A stretch of DNA of 63,222 nt, filler included, from Planctomycetota bacterium (GCA_026991575.1; 8 parts of 8 records of this genome joined end to end with filler, not necessarily neighbours in it), one strand, 5' to 3'; counted from the whole stretch's first letter, positions 48,183 to 58,360 are shown. The notes: generated from the letters alone by a model not told the origin. Numbers and translations: made by a program.

Positions 48183-49743
48183 CTGTGCACTTAACGTCTT
48201 TTCCGGACCTCCCTGAGGGCCTTTAGCTCGCGGTAGAGCGAGACGGCGCCGCCCGGTGGGTACACTCGTCGGGGGCGAGGGGGACGGGGATACTTCGTCG
48301 ACTGCTTGATCCAGCGTGACTTCCACTGCATGCCCATGAGCTCGGACAGACGGGCCCGCAGCCCCTCCCTGCCCAAGGCCGGCAAGTCCTCCTGCAATCT
48401 CCGCACCGAACCGCCCGCGCGCCGCCACTCCGACATCTGCTCTCGTAGCTCTTCCCCGATCGTACGTACCGATAGCTCTCGTGCTGGAACTTGCCACCGC
48501 GATGCAATAAAGCACTTCAACACATGCAGGACGTTATACAATACCATCGTCAACGCCGCCTGAAACACCGTCCCACGCGGCGTACACAAAATCACCTCTT
48601 TTAAATCAAAAACCAACGAAAGGTGCTGAAACACCGTCTCGATCGTCCAACGCTGCTTATACAGCGACACCAGATCCTCCGCAGGATAGCGATTCGCATC
48701 CAACAAACTCGTCACCAACACCACCGGATCCTTCTCCTTCGCCAGTACGATCCGACGTACGTAAAGCTCACGCTCCGCCCCTCCTAACCAACCCCACTCC
48801 TCCCAGTACCGTCGACCATCCCCCGTCTGACCCTCTCGCACCGATACGCCCTCGTCTCGCTCAAACTTAATCGTCCGCCGATACCGCATCACAACGTGGT
48901 CCCCTTCTGCCCTAAAACGCCGAAACTGCACCGAATCGCAAAACCCACGGTCCACCACGTGCAGCCGACGTCGACCAACCGTCTGTTCCCGTACCTGATC
49001 CAACGCCCGCGGCAAAAGGTTCGTCTCCCCTTCGTGTCCATCCTCACTCGCCGCTATCGCTCGCACCAAACCACGCCTCAGGTCAAAGGCCACCAGCAAC
49101 CGACTCCCCAATACCTGACCTAAATACCCTCGCACCGCCTTCGGCCTATGCGGTACACGCTTGTTCGTCTTCCCGTCAAACAACGTTACCTCAAACTCTG
49201 ATAACGACTCCGGTATCTCCGAACCCTCCAATACATCTCCCCCTACCTCCTCCAATACATCCGCCGAATGACGCACCAACGCCTCAGACACCGCTACCGG
49301 AACCCGACCCAGCTTCCCGTACACCGCCTGATACGATGCGTCTAACTCCCCTCGGTCCCCAGCATCCTGAACTAGCCCCCACAGGCTCTTCGCCTCACTG
49401 CCCAGCACCTTCAGCATCGTGTCCACCAAAAACGGCAGCGTCAGCTTCCGTTGATAGCTCCGCCCACGGTTCTCCTCGTAAATCCGGTCCAGCTCTTCTG
49501 GATCCCACATCTCCCGACACATCAACAAACAACCCTCAGCCAGGGGCTTCCCAGCCAAACACCCATCCACTACCGCCGTCACCGTCCGCTGATCCAACTG
49601 TCTGCTATCCATCGGCCACCTCCTCTCTCCTTGGCCGCCGCTTCCCAGATTCCCGGCAGGCTACACCCTGCCCACACTATCTTCAGAATACGCAAGAACA
49701 TAGCGCTTGTCATCCCCCCCAACCAAAGTTGTTCAGTTCACTG
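48183..49743 (-). mobile_element. Complete IS4-family insertion sequence with 12-bp target duplication
   Basis: Imperfect IRs CTGTGCACTTAAC / GTTCAGTTCACTG (10/13); direct repeat GGGCTTTATGCC at 48171-48182 and 49744-49755. Confidence 0.9.
48191..49612 (-). CDS. IS4-family DDE transposase
   Basis: FDGK, VDRGF, and the YREK-type signature LYKQRWTIETVF. Confidence 0.93.
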   Translation of the reverse strand: MDSRQLDQRTVTAVVDGCLAGKPLAEGCLLMCREMWDPEELDRIYEENRGRSYQRKLTLPFLVDTMLKVLGSEAKSLWGLVQDAGDRGELDASYQAVYGKLGRVPVAVSEALVRHSADVLEEVGGDVLEGSEIPESLSEFEVTLFDGKTNKRVPHRPKAVRGYLGQVLGSRLLVAFDLRRGLVRAIAASEDGHEGETNLLPRALDQVREQTVGRRRLHVVDRGFCDSVQFRRFRAEGDHVVMRYRRTIKFERDEGVSVREGQTGDGRRYWEEWGWLGGAERELYVRRIVLAKEKDPVVLVTSLLDANRYPAEDLVSLYKQRWTIETVFQHLSLVFDLKEVILCTPRGTVFQAALTMVLYNVLHVLKCFIASRWQVPARELSVRTIGEELREQMSEWRRAGGSVRRLQEDLPALGREGLRARLSELMGMQWKSRWIKQSTKYPRPPRPRRVYPPGGAVSLYRELKALREVRKRR

Positions 49744-50047
49744 GGGCTTTATGCCCCCCTGCCGCTCTGTTGATGGGTAGCGCAGGCGGTACCAGGTTTT
49801 GTCTTTTCTGTTTCCCATTTGAAGAAGCCCCGGACGCCGCGGACGCTGTCCGCGGCGTCGCGCAGGTGGCATCGCGCTCCCTCCGGGACGACGGCGCAAT
49901 CTCTCTGCGCACAGCGCCCGCCCAAGGGAAGCGGACCACCCGGGCCGCGGGCGGGGTCGACCCGCCCGCGGCCCGGAAGGGAAAAAAGTTCTTTGGAGAT
50001 CTGCCCGCGCTATCCATCAACGTTGCGGGCGGGGGGGTCATGAAGCC
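49744..50047. repeat. MITE/REP-doublet-like palindromic element (hairpin-GTTGATGG repeat, copy B, both arms)
   Basis: GTTGATGGGTAGCGCAGGCGG (49769-49789) inverted to CTGCCCGCGCTATCCATCAAC (50001-50021), 18/21; perfect internal stems of 12 bp (49833-49859) and 16 bp (49940-49976). Confidence 0.85.
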
Positions 50048-50147
50048 NNNNNNNNNNNNNNNNNNNNNNNNNNNNNNNNNNNNNNNNNNNNTTAATTAAT
50101 TAANNNNNNNNNNNNNNNNNNNNNNNNNNNNNNNNNNNNNNNNNNNN

Positions 50148-51264
50148 TCTGATCGACAAGAACCACCTTTCTTCCCGTAACCTGCACGCATGCACCGGCC
50201 GCGGTCGCTTCACCGCCATCGGCGACTGGCAGTGGAGCAAGCCCCTGAAGTCGCCAGTGAGCCACGTCCCAGCGAACGGCAAAGCCTCCAAAGGGGATCG
50301 TCACGACCACAGATCTGCTAAAGCGCGGCGGTTTGCCGGAGAGGTGCTGCACCGGGACGCGGAATTCGCCTGAAGCGATCGGGCGGGTGGATCGTTCTTG
50401 CTCGGCGCCCGTTGTGGTCGTGACCACACGGCAGGAGTGAGCCAGTTGGTCGAGTGCCTGCTGAATCGGGGCAGGGGGCTGAGGCGTGGGGCCCAACTCA
50501 GTGACGATCGCGCGCACGGCTTCAGCGAGCGCGTCGGCCGAGCCCGGTTGGGTGAGCTGTTCGGCCAGCGCACGCAGTCGCTGGTTCCGCTGCCGCCTAG
50601 CCAGGTTGCTACGAGCCTGTTCCAGGGCGTCGAGCCACGCGGACCGGCGGTTCTCGGCCAGCGAACGACGAACGGCCGGCAGGCGTAGCACGGTAGCCAG
50701 CTGTTCGATGCGTTGCGCGTCAGGTCGGCGCACCACCTGGTCGACGAACTGGTCAATACCGTGTGCGATTCGGCGCCAGCTCTGCCGGCGTATGGCGGTC
50801 TGACGCTCTTCGGGTAGCAGAGCCGGCATCGTGGCGGACCAAAGCGCCAGTGTCTGCTCCAGTAGGCCGATCAGTTCGTCGAGTCCCCCGGGGGTCTCAC
50901 AGCGGGCGGTGACGGCCTCGAGGTAAGTTGCCAGACGGGCCGTGGTTTGAAGGGCCTGCCGGAGCAAGTCGTCGTGTACGGCGTCGGCGAGTGTCTCGGC
51001 ACGCTGGCGGGCGGTGCGAAACGCACCGCGTTCCATTGCCGACAGCACCTCTTTGCATGCCTCACGTTGCTGGCGTTGCTGTAGCTGGATCCGCGTGTAG
51101 AACGCAACCGGCAGAGCTGCTGCCACCGCGAAGGCGAGCATCCACCGCAACACGGTCCACAATTGAGCTCGGCACGGGCGCGTGCGATGGACCTTGCTTC
51201 GCAGCGTCCTGGTGAACAGCGTTCCGTTCGGTCGGCTTGGTCGGGTCGGCCGGCTCGTGGCCAT
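50148..51264 (-). CDS. Hypothetical membrane-anchored protein, 3' end cut
   Basis: Coupled to the exbD stop; one N-terminal TM helix, then helical region. Confidence 0.6.
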
Positions 51265-51926
51265 CAGCGTTCGCTTGCCTTAGCCGGTGCTTCTGGCGAG
51301 GGCCGCGTGTTCGCGGTGGCACGCATCGTCAGCCGCACGTCTTCCAGGCTGGCATGATGGGCGGCGTCCAGAACGCGGACAAGCATTTCGTGCTTGGCAT
51401 CGTCTGCCGCGTCGATAATGAGCGTTGCGGTTCCGCGGCGACGTGCTTCGTGCTCGAGTGTGTCGGCTAACCGCTCGGGCTCGATGGGCCGCTGCTTGCC
51501 GTTCTCAACTAGCGCTAGCGTGCCGTCCGCTGCGATGCGGACGACGATGGCTTCACGGGCAAGTTCCCTAATGGTCGGGATCCGTGCGCTTGCGTCACGC
51601 TCGGCCGGTAGCGGAATGGCCTTCTGAATGTGGAAGCTGGCGGTAAGCATGAAGAAGATCAACAACAGGAAGGTCATGTCGATCATGGGGGTCATGTCTG
51701 TGGCTGGATCGAGCGATTCGTGTTCATGCGCTGTCTCCTTGCCATGACTGACTATTGCTGGGAACCGGTTCAGGAGATTGTCCAACCGGTGCCACGTCGC
51801 GCTGCCGGCAGGGCGGACCAGGTCGCGCGGTTCGAGGTCGCCAGCATCAGCCAGCGCGGCGACCTGGTTGGCCAGTAGGCCCGTGTACAGGGTGCGGGTC
51901 CGAAATGAGAACGCATCCCACGTCAT
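51264..51926 (-). CDS. exbD: ExbD/TolR family protein with N-terminal extension
   Basis: DMTPMIDMTFLLLIFFMLT; IIDAADDAKH..LVRVLDAA. Confidence 0.9.
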   Translation of the reverse strand: MTWDAFSFRTRTLYTGLLANQVAALADAGDLEPRDLVRPAGSATWHRLDNLLNRFPAIVSHGKETAHEHESLDPATDMTPMIDMTFLLLIFFMLTASFHIQKAIPLPAERDASARIPTIRELAREAIVVRIAADGTLALVENGKQRPIEPERLADTLEHEARRRGTATLIIDAADDAKHEMLVRVLDAAHHASLEDVRLTMRATANTRPSPEAPAKASER

Positions 51927-52576
51927 TGCCTGGTCCCATGGACGCCGATGACTGTGGTGTCTGCTCCGACATCGGTTGCGATCTTAAGCACGCGGCGGAC
52001 GACACCGATCTCCGCATTCCGGTCTGCTCGCAGGAACACCTGGCGAACGCCAGACTCAGCCATGCGGCGGGCGAGTTTGTCGGGGAGCTGTTCCAGGGTG
52101 ATCGGTTCCGGCAGCTCGTCCAGCCACAGCTTCGGGGCGCCAGCGGACGGCACCAGATCGATCACGATCTTGCCCTCGATGGCCGTCGCCTCACCGGCAA
52201 CGGCCCGCGGGAGCTCGGCTCGCGGGGCTGTGGCGTAGTAGCCGGTGAGCATGAAGAAGATCAGGAGCTGGAAGACGACGTCGATCATAGGCGTGAGCTC
52301 TAGCTGCAGCTGATCGTCATCCTGCGCGCCGTCCCGGCGCCGCTGTTCCAGGGGGGGCATGCTGCCAGCACGGACGCGTCTCACCGGCGGAGCCGGTTGC
52401 CGACGGGCGGCCCATCGCGCCAACTGTTCCCATCGACCGTTGCCATCCTGGTTTCGGACTAGGCTGTCCGGCGACGCGATGCGGGCTTCCAGCAGGCAGA
52501 GCACTTCGTCGGCCGATAGGCCGCGGATGAGCTGGCCGGTGTCGCTCAGCTTGAGCTCGAACCTTTCGGCCGCCAT
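51923..52576 (-). CDS. exbD: ExbD/TolR family protein with N-terminal extension
   Basis: ELTPMIDVVFQLLIFFMLT; VFLRADRNA. Confidence 0.9.
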   Translation of the reverse strand: MAAERFELKLSDTGQLIRGLSADEVLCLLEARIASPDSLVRNQDGNGRWEQLARWAARRQPAPPVRRVRAGSMPPLEQRRRDGAQDDDQLQLELTPMIDVVFQLLIFFMLTGYYATAPRAELPRAVAGEATAIEGKIVIDLVPSAGAPKLWLDELPEPITLEQLPDKLARRMAESGVRQVFLRADRNAEIGVVRRVLKIATDVGADTTVIGVHGTRQ

Positions 52577-52578
52577 CG

Positions 52579-53190
52579 TTAGCTTTGCCTCAGCAGCTCC
52601 AGCAGGTGTTCGGTGTAGAGTTCCAGGTCCAGCTCGAACTGGCGAACCCGGCTACGGAAGTAGGTGACAGCGAAGATGATCGGTATCGCGATGAGCAGTC
52701 CTAGCAGCGTAGTGCCCAGTGCCAGTCCGATCTCGCTGGCAAGGTCGGCCGGATTCACGCCGCTGCGCGCTTCGCCGGCAATCTGGGCAAACGCCAACAT
52801 CATGCCGTGCACAGTGCCGAGCAGCCCGATCATCGGCGCAACGCGTGCGAAGGTGCTCAGAGCAGCCAGGCGGCGCTGAAGTCTGGGCAACACATCGAGC
52901 TCAACGGCGAGCCGCATGACATGCCGCACCCGGGCAAGGCCTTCATGTCGGTGCTGGATGGCTAGCTTGAAGATCTCCGGCAGATGCCCCCGGTGTTGGT
53001 CGCACAGATTGATCGCCTCCTGCCACTGCCTTGCCTGGACGTAGCGCTCGAAGTCCGGCAGGAACGATTCCATTTCTGTGCTTTCTCGGTTGTAAGCCAG
53101 CAGGCGTTCGATGATGAGCGCCAAGGAAACAGCGGCAAGAGTGCCGAGGACAATACCGTAGATCCCGGTGTGCAGTAGCAATTCGATCAT
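52579..53190 (-). CDS. exbB: MotA/TolQ/ExbB proton channel protein
   Basis: APMIGLLGTVHGM; IGLALGTTLLGLLIAIP. Confidence 0.92.
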   Translation of the reverse strand: MIELLLHTGIYGIVLGTLAAVSLALIIERLLAYNRESTEMESFLPDFERYVQARQWQEAINLCDQHRGHLPEIFKLAIQHRHEGLARVRHVMRLAVELDVLPRLQRRLAALSTFARVAPMIGLLGTVHGMMLAFAQIAGEARSGVNPADLASEIGLALGTTLLGLLIAIPIIFAVTYFRSRVRQFELDLELYTEHLLELLRQS

Positions 53191-53210
53191 GGTGGGTGGC
53201 AGGATCCTCT

Positions 53211-54230
53211 CTAGCGGGGCTCTGTGTCACTGTCCAGTGGATTCGGTGCGATGAGGCGAAGTTCCAGCACGTGAAACCGCCATCCCCGACCATGGCGGCG
53301 AATGCCGAAGATGGTCTGCTCGATCCGGGTCAAGTCGTCCGTCCCGTGGCTTTCGCGCAGTGCCGTCAGCTCGAGCCGTGCCAGTCGGGCTTCGATCCGC
53401 TTCGGGTAGAAGTGGATCACCGTGCCAGATGGCTCGATGCCGAGGCTCTTCAGCAGCGTGTTGTCCAGCGGTGCGAAATTGTCGACCGGGTACCAGAACA
53501 CCCGGTTCTCGCTGCGGTACGATCCGACGCGACGGCGCAACTTAGCGGTGAAACCCGACACGTACTGGATCTTCTCTCCGACGAGCCAGCCCAGTTCGAC
53601 GTTGAAGTAATCGAGCAGATGTGCGTACTCCGTTGGTCTGACGCGCGGGTAGCGGATGACCCACCGGGCGATCCGTGCCGCCGTGCTATTCGGATCTCCG
53701 GGGACAGCACCGCCCTGGCCTGCGGATCCGGAGGCCCGTCCGGACAGGGCAGCACGCAGCTTTTCCAGATAGTCCCGTGCCTGAGCCGCCTCCTCTTGCA
53801 GTCGCCGCGCTGCCTTGCTGGCTTCTTGTACATGTTCCTCAGGCCGAAACTCCTCCAGCTCGACGTCTACCTTGCCCACCTCAATGGCCGGTTCTGGGAG
53901 CGGGGCCACCGGGACGGGCTCGTCGGGAAGGAGTTCGCGGTGGGCCGTGGTCGGCTGCTCGCCAGAGCCTGCCGAGTCGGTAGGAGTCACTGCCACTGGC
54001 TGTAGAGACAGTTCCACGGCGGTCGCAGTTGGCCGACGATCTAGTGCGGTGAGCACCCAGAAGAGGGCAACGAGAACCAGGATGAGCAGCGCTACGGTGC
54101 TGAAAGCCGGGGGGGATTCCTCCACCCACCAGCGCAAGCGCCCGAACCGTATACGGCGGCGATGACCGGTTGCCGCCGACGCTTCGATTGTCCGGTGCTG
54201 TTGCGCGGTCGAACCGCCGTCCACGACCAT
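53211..54230 (-). CDS. Single-TM hypothetical protein heading the exbBDD operon
   Basis: TM helix, Pro/Glu-rich linker, globular C-domain; co-oriented, 20 nt upstream of exbB. Confidence 0.65.
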   Translation of the reverse strand: MVVDGGSTAQQHRTIEASAATGHRRRIRFGRLRWWVEESPPAFSTVALLILVLVALFWVLTALDRRPTATAVELSLQPVAVTPTDSAGSGEQPTTAHRELLPDEPVPVAPLPEPAIEVGKVDVELEEFRPEEHVQEASKAARRLQEEAAQARDYLEKLRAALSGRASGSAGQGGAVPGDPNSTAARIARWVIRYPRVRPTEYAHLLDYFNVELGWLVGEKIQYVSGFTAKLRRRVGSYRSENRVFWYPVDNFAPLDNTLLKSLGIEPSGTVIHFYPKRIEARLARLELTALRESHGTDDLTRIEQTIFGIRRHGRGWRFHVLELRLIAPNPLDSDTEPR

Positions 54231-54329
54231 CTCCGCTGACTTGCCCGAAGGTGAGCGGCATCCTCATGATAGTATGAGCGTTGAGGACGCTGTGCGGCAA
54301 GCACCGCGATTGTTGCCAGAGCTGTCAGG

Positions 54330-55382
54330 ATGAGGAGTCTGCCGTTGACGGCGAGCGGGCCAAAGCGGGCCGTTGCCTGGTGGCGTTGGCTGTTGCCTCC
54401 TGTGAGCACGAAACAGCTGGCGCTTTTCTACCGCCAGCTTGCGCAGCTCCTTGAAGGCGGGGTTGCGTTGGAGCGGTCCATCGAGCTGGCCGGGCAAGCG
54501 CTCGGGCCAGGCGGCCGGCACATCGTGCGGGATCTTCTTCGGACCGTGCGCGACGGTGACCCGATGTACGAGGCGCTCCAGCAATACCCGCACGTCTTCC
54601 CGTGGTGGCATCTGGAGATGATCCGACAGGGCGAGCTCAGCGGGAAGCTGCCGTCGGTCCTGCGTGAGTTGGCCGCGCACTGCGATGAGCGGGTCAGCCT
54701 GCGGCGGGCTATCATCAGTGATCTCATCTACCCAGCGCTGGTGTTCGTCGCTTTTTGCTTTATCCCCCCGTTCCCGGCCCTGTTCTTGGGCAGGATCACA
54801 CTTGGCGAGTACCTCGTGCGTGCATTCACTCCGCTGGCGCTGGTCGTCGGCGGCGCAGTAGCGCTGTACATCGCGCTGCGGCTGAATCTGGTCAGCCAGC
54901 GGCTGCGGCATGCCGTGACCGTAGTGCTCAACGCCGTGCCTGCCCTCGGTGCGGCGCTCAGCAAGCTGGCGCTGGCGCGGCTGGCACTCGTGCTGCGGGC
55001 ACTGTACGTTGCCGGCGCTCGTATTGACCATGCGCTGGCCGGGGCAGGGCGGGCCTGTGGCAATGAGGTGTACCGTGCCGCGGCGGAGCGGGCCGCGGCG
55101 GCCATCGGTCGCGGTGAAACGCTGTACCAGGCCCTGGCTGACACACGTGCTTTTCCCCCTCAATTCCTCAGCGTGGTGCAATCGGGCGAGGAGGCCGGGG
55201 CGTTGGACGATGCGCTTGACCGATTGCAGCGCGTGTACGCTGAGGAAGGTCGGGTTGCCATCCGCACGCTGAGTAGAATCTTCACGATGGCAATCTACCT
55301 GTTGATTGTCCTGCTTGTAGCCTGGCATGTGATCAGCTTCTGGCTCGGGTATGCCGAGCAGCTGCGCAGCGTGATGCCTTAG
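54330..55382 (+). CDS. Type II secretion system F (PilC-like) family protein
   Basis: LALFYRQLAQLLEGGV, MIRQGELSGKL, SGEEAGALD. Confidence 0.88.
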   Translation: MRSLPLTASGPKRAVAWWRWLLPPVSTKQLALFYRQLAQLLEGGVALERSIELAGQALGPGGRHIVRDLLRTVRDGDPMYEALQQYPHVFPWWHLEMIRQGELSGKLPSVLRELAAHCDERVSLRRAIISDLIYPALVFVAFCFIPPFPALFLGRITLGEYLVRAFTPLALVVGGAVALYIALRLNLVSQRLRHAVTVVLNAVPALGAALSKLALARLALVLRALYVAGARIDHALAGAGRACGNEVYRAAAERAAAAIGRGETLYQALADTRAFPPQFLSVVQSGEEAGALDDALDRLQRVYAEEGRVAIRTLSRIFTMAIYLLIVLLVAWHVISFWLGYAEQLRSVMP

Positions 55383-55480
55383 TGCCTCTGCGTACGGCTG
55401 CCGACCGTGCGGATGCTGACCGACTCCCCCCGTGGGCCCGCCCGGCCGTAACTCTCAGACCAGCCCGGAGAAGCGGTCCG

Positions 55481-56782
55481 ATGCGCAACCGATTCGTTTG
55501 GCTTCTCGCGTGCGGAATAATCGCCGTGCCGGTAGGTCTGCCGGCTGCTGAAGATCCGGCGGTCTGGCCACGCTTTCGCGGCCCAAACGGGACAGGTGTC
55601 GGCGACGCCCCTGCTGTGCCGAATGGCTGGGGTGAGGAGGCCATTCGATGGCGGGTCCGCGTGCCGGGCGTTGGGCATTCATCGCCGGTGATCTGGCACC
55701 GCTACCTGTTCCTGACCACGGCTCTGGACGGTGGCCGAACTCGCATGGTTCTGGCCTACGATGCCATCGACGGCAGGCTGCTGTGGCGGCGCCGGTTGAG
55801 TCTGCCACCGGGACCCAAGCATCGCAAGAACTCGCATGCGACGGCGACCCCGGCCACCGACGGCAAGCGTGTTTTCGTCGTCTTCTCATCCCGCGACGAC
55901 TACGTGCTAACGGCGCTGGACTTCCGCGGGAACATCCTCTGGGAACGAGACCTGGGGCCGTTCGTAGGCCAGCACGGATCGGGCGTTTCGCCCGTGGTCG
56001 TTGGCGACCTGGTCATCCTGGCGAATCACCAGGACGGGGCCTCGTTCGTGATCGCCTGCGATGTCCAGACCGGCGCCGTCCGCTGGAAGACCCCCTGCGC
56101 GGGTGGGAAACAAGCCGCCTCCTACGGTACCCCGGTGCTATACCGCACCGCTTCCGGCAACCCGCAACTCATCCTGCTCAGTCGAGCCAACGGGCTCTAT
56201 GCGCTCGATCCCCGCAATGGCCGGAAGCTATGGCAGACGGCTCCCTTCCCGTTCCGCGTTGTTGCCTCACCTGTGCTCGTCGGTGACGCCGTGGTTGCCA
56301 CAAGCGGCTCAGGCGGTCAGGGCCGTTACCTGGCCGTGTACCGGATCCCGCCGGAAGCGGGTCAGCCAATCGGGGAGCCGCTCTGGGAACAGCGACGCCG
56401 GATTCCGTACGTGCCCACGCCGATCTACTACGACGGCCTGTTGTTCCTGTGGAACGATCAAGGGATTGTCAGTTGCGTGGATCCGGCAAACTGGCGGCGG
56501 CTGTGGGTGGTACGCGTTCCTGGTGCCGACGGTAGGCCGACAGTCTACACCAGCTCGCCGGTTTGCGTCAGTGGCCGGCTACTATGCATCAGTGAGCGAG
56601 GCGATGTGGCGGTGGTGGCCGCAGCGCGCACGTTCCGATTATTGGGTCACGCCAGTTTAGGGGAGCGTGTGATCGCGACCCCGGCAATCGCGCACGGCCG
56701 GCTGTACATCCGCACCGAGGAGCATCTGCTGTGCGTGGGAGGCAGCACCCTAGCTACACGGCGGAGCCCTCCCGGAAACTGA
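55481..56782 (+). CDS. PQQ-like beta-propeller repeat protein (BamB-like)
   Basis: Signal peptide, WPRFRGPNGTG, GHSSPV, TPATDG, repeated G...W motifs, ATPAIAHGRLYIRT. Confidence 0.88.
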   Translation: MRNRFVWLLACGIIAVPVGLPAAEDPAVWPRFRGPNGTGVGDAPAVPNGWGEEAIRWRVRVPGVGHSSPVIWHRYLFLTTALDGGRTRMVLAYDAIDGRLLWRRRLSLPPGPKHRKNSHATATPATDGKRVFVVFSSRDDYVLTALDFRGNILWERDLGPFVGQHGSGVSPVVVGDLVILANHQDGASFVIACDVQTGAVRWKTPCAGGKQAASYGTPVLYRTASGNPQLILLSRANGLYALDPRNGRKLWQTAPFPFRVVASPVLVGDAVVATSGSGGQGRYLAVYRIPPEAGQPIGEPLWEQRRRIPYVPTPIYYDGLLFLWNDQGIVSCVDPANWRRLWVVRVPGADGRPTVYTSSPVCVSGRLLCISERGDVAVVAAARTFRLLGHASLGERVIATPAIAHGRLYIRTEEHLLCVGGSTLATRRSPPGN

Positions 56783-56816
56783 TCGCGTCAGGGCAAACGC
56801 GTGGGAGGTGGCCCCG

Positions 56817-58250
56817 ATGGGCGACTGTGACATCGGACTGATTGGCTTGGCGGTGATGGGCAAGAACCTTGCCCTGAACATCGCCGACCATGGCTTTCGG
56901 GTGGCGGTCTATAACCGGACGGTGTCCAAGGTGGACGAGTTCGTGCGGGGGGAGGCGGCCGGCCGTCCCGTTGTCGGTTGCCACAGCTTTCAGGAGCTCG
57001 CCGCCGCGTTGAAACGGCCGCGCCGCGTGCTGCTCATGGTCAAGGCGGGGCCGCCGGTGGATCAGATGATCGAGCACCTGCTGGAAGTGCTCGAACCGGG
57101 TGACATCATCATCGACGGTGGCAACTCGTATTTCCGGGATACCGAGCGACGTCTTGGGCGAGTCGCCGAGAAAGGGTTGCTCTACGTGGGAACGGGCATT
57201 TCAGGCGGAGAGGAGGGAGCGCGGCATGGGCCCAGCATCATGCCCGGCGGTTCACCAGAGGCATGGCCTCACATCAAAGACATCTTCCAGGCAATCGCGG
57301 CCAAGGCGCCGGACGGTTCTCCCTGCTGTGACTGGGTCGGTCCGGGCGGAGCAGGGCACTACGTCAAGATGGTGCACAACGGGATCGAGTACGGCGACAT
57401 GCAGCTGATTGCCGAAGCCTACTTCCTGATGAAGGAGGCTCTCGGCTACGGTGCCGACGAGCTGGCTGCAGTCTTTGAACGCTGGAACGCGGGCAGACTT
57501 AATTCCTACCTCATCGAAATCACGCGGGATATCTTCACGGTCACTGACCCGGAGACGGGACAGCCGCTGGTCGAGCAAATCCTGGACACGGCCGGCCAGA
57601 AAGGCACCGGGAAATGGGCGTCTCAGAACGCCCTCGATCTTGGCGCACCGACCACGCTGATTACCGAGGCGGTGTTTGCTCGGTTTCTGTCCGCGCAGAA
57701 AGAGCAGCGGCAACGGGCTTCGGAAGTGCTTCGTGGACCGGATGCCCGCTTCCAGGGCAGCGCCGACGCGTTCGTGGCCGCTCTGGAGGATGCACTCTAT
57801 GCGTCAAAGATCTGCAGCTATGCACAGGGCTTTATGCAGATGCGAATGGCAAGCGCGGAGTACAACTGGGGTCTGCGGTACGGTTCGATTGCGCTGCTCT
57901 GGCGCGCGGGCTGTATCATCCGGGCCCAGTTCCTGGAGCACATCAAACGAGCCTTCGATCGAAATCCGGATCTGGAAAACCTGCTGCTCGACGACTACTT
58001 CCGCGACGCGGTCCACGCGGCCCAGAAGAACTGGCGTTACATCGTTGCATCGGCTGCGTCCCTGGGCGTGCCGGTGCCGGCGATGGCCAGTGCCCTGGCG
58101 TATTACGACGGCTATCGTCGGGCACGACTGCCGGCGAACTTGATCCAGGCCCAGCGCGACTACTTCGGAGCCCACACGTACCGGCGAGTCGATCGGCCTG
58201 GCACGTTCCACACGGACTGGCTTCGGCTGCGCCGTCCCTGGCCTGCTTAG
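56817..58250 (+). CDS. gndA: 6-phosphogluconate dehydrogenase, decarboxylating (NADP)
   Basis: IGLAVMGKNLALN, DGGNS, HYVKMVHNGIEYGDMQ, QKGTGKW, QAQRDYFGAHTY. Confidence 0.98.
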   Translation: MGDCDIGLIGLAVMGKNLALNIADHGFRVAVYNRTVSKVDEFVRGEAAGRPVVGCHSFQELAAALKRPRRVLLMVKAGPPVDQMIEHLLEVLEPGDIIIDGGNSYFRDTERRLGRVAEKGLLYVGTGISGGEEGARHGPSIMPGGSPEAWPHIKDIFQAIAAKAPDGSPCCDWVGPGGAGHYVKMVHNGIEYGDMQLIAEAYFLMKEALGYGADELAAVFERWNAGRLNSYLIEITRDIFTVTDPETGQPLVEQILDTAGQKGTGKWASQNALDLGAPTTLITEAVFARFLSAQKEQRQRASEVLRGPDARFQGSADAFVAALEDALYASKICSYAQGFMQMRMASAEYNWGLRYGSIALLWRAGCIIRAQFLEHIKRAFDRNPDLENLLLDDYFRDAVHAAQKNWRYIVASAASLGVPVPAMASALAYYDGYRRARLPANLIQAQRDYFGAHTYRRVDRPGTFHTDWLRLRRPWPA

Positions 58251-58360
58251 CATGCCAACCNNNNNNNNNNNNNNNNNNNNNNNNNNNNNNNNNNNNNNNN
58301 NNNNTTAATTAATTAANNNNNNNNNNNNNNNNNNNNNNNNNNNNNNNNNNNNNNNNNNNN

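Noticed and set aside
48081..48515. N-terminal ~145 aa of the 1214-aa Rhs ORF in the track
   Set aside because: Read-through across the IS4 end and hairpin in a frame overlapping the transposase; not Rhs-like
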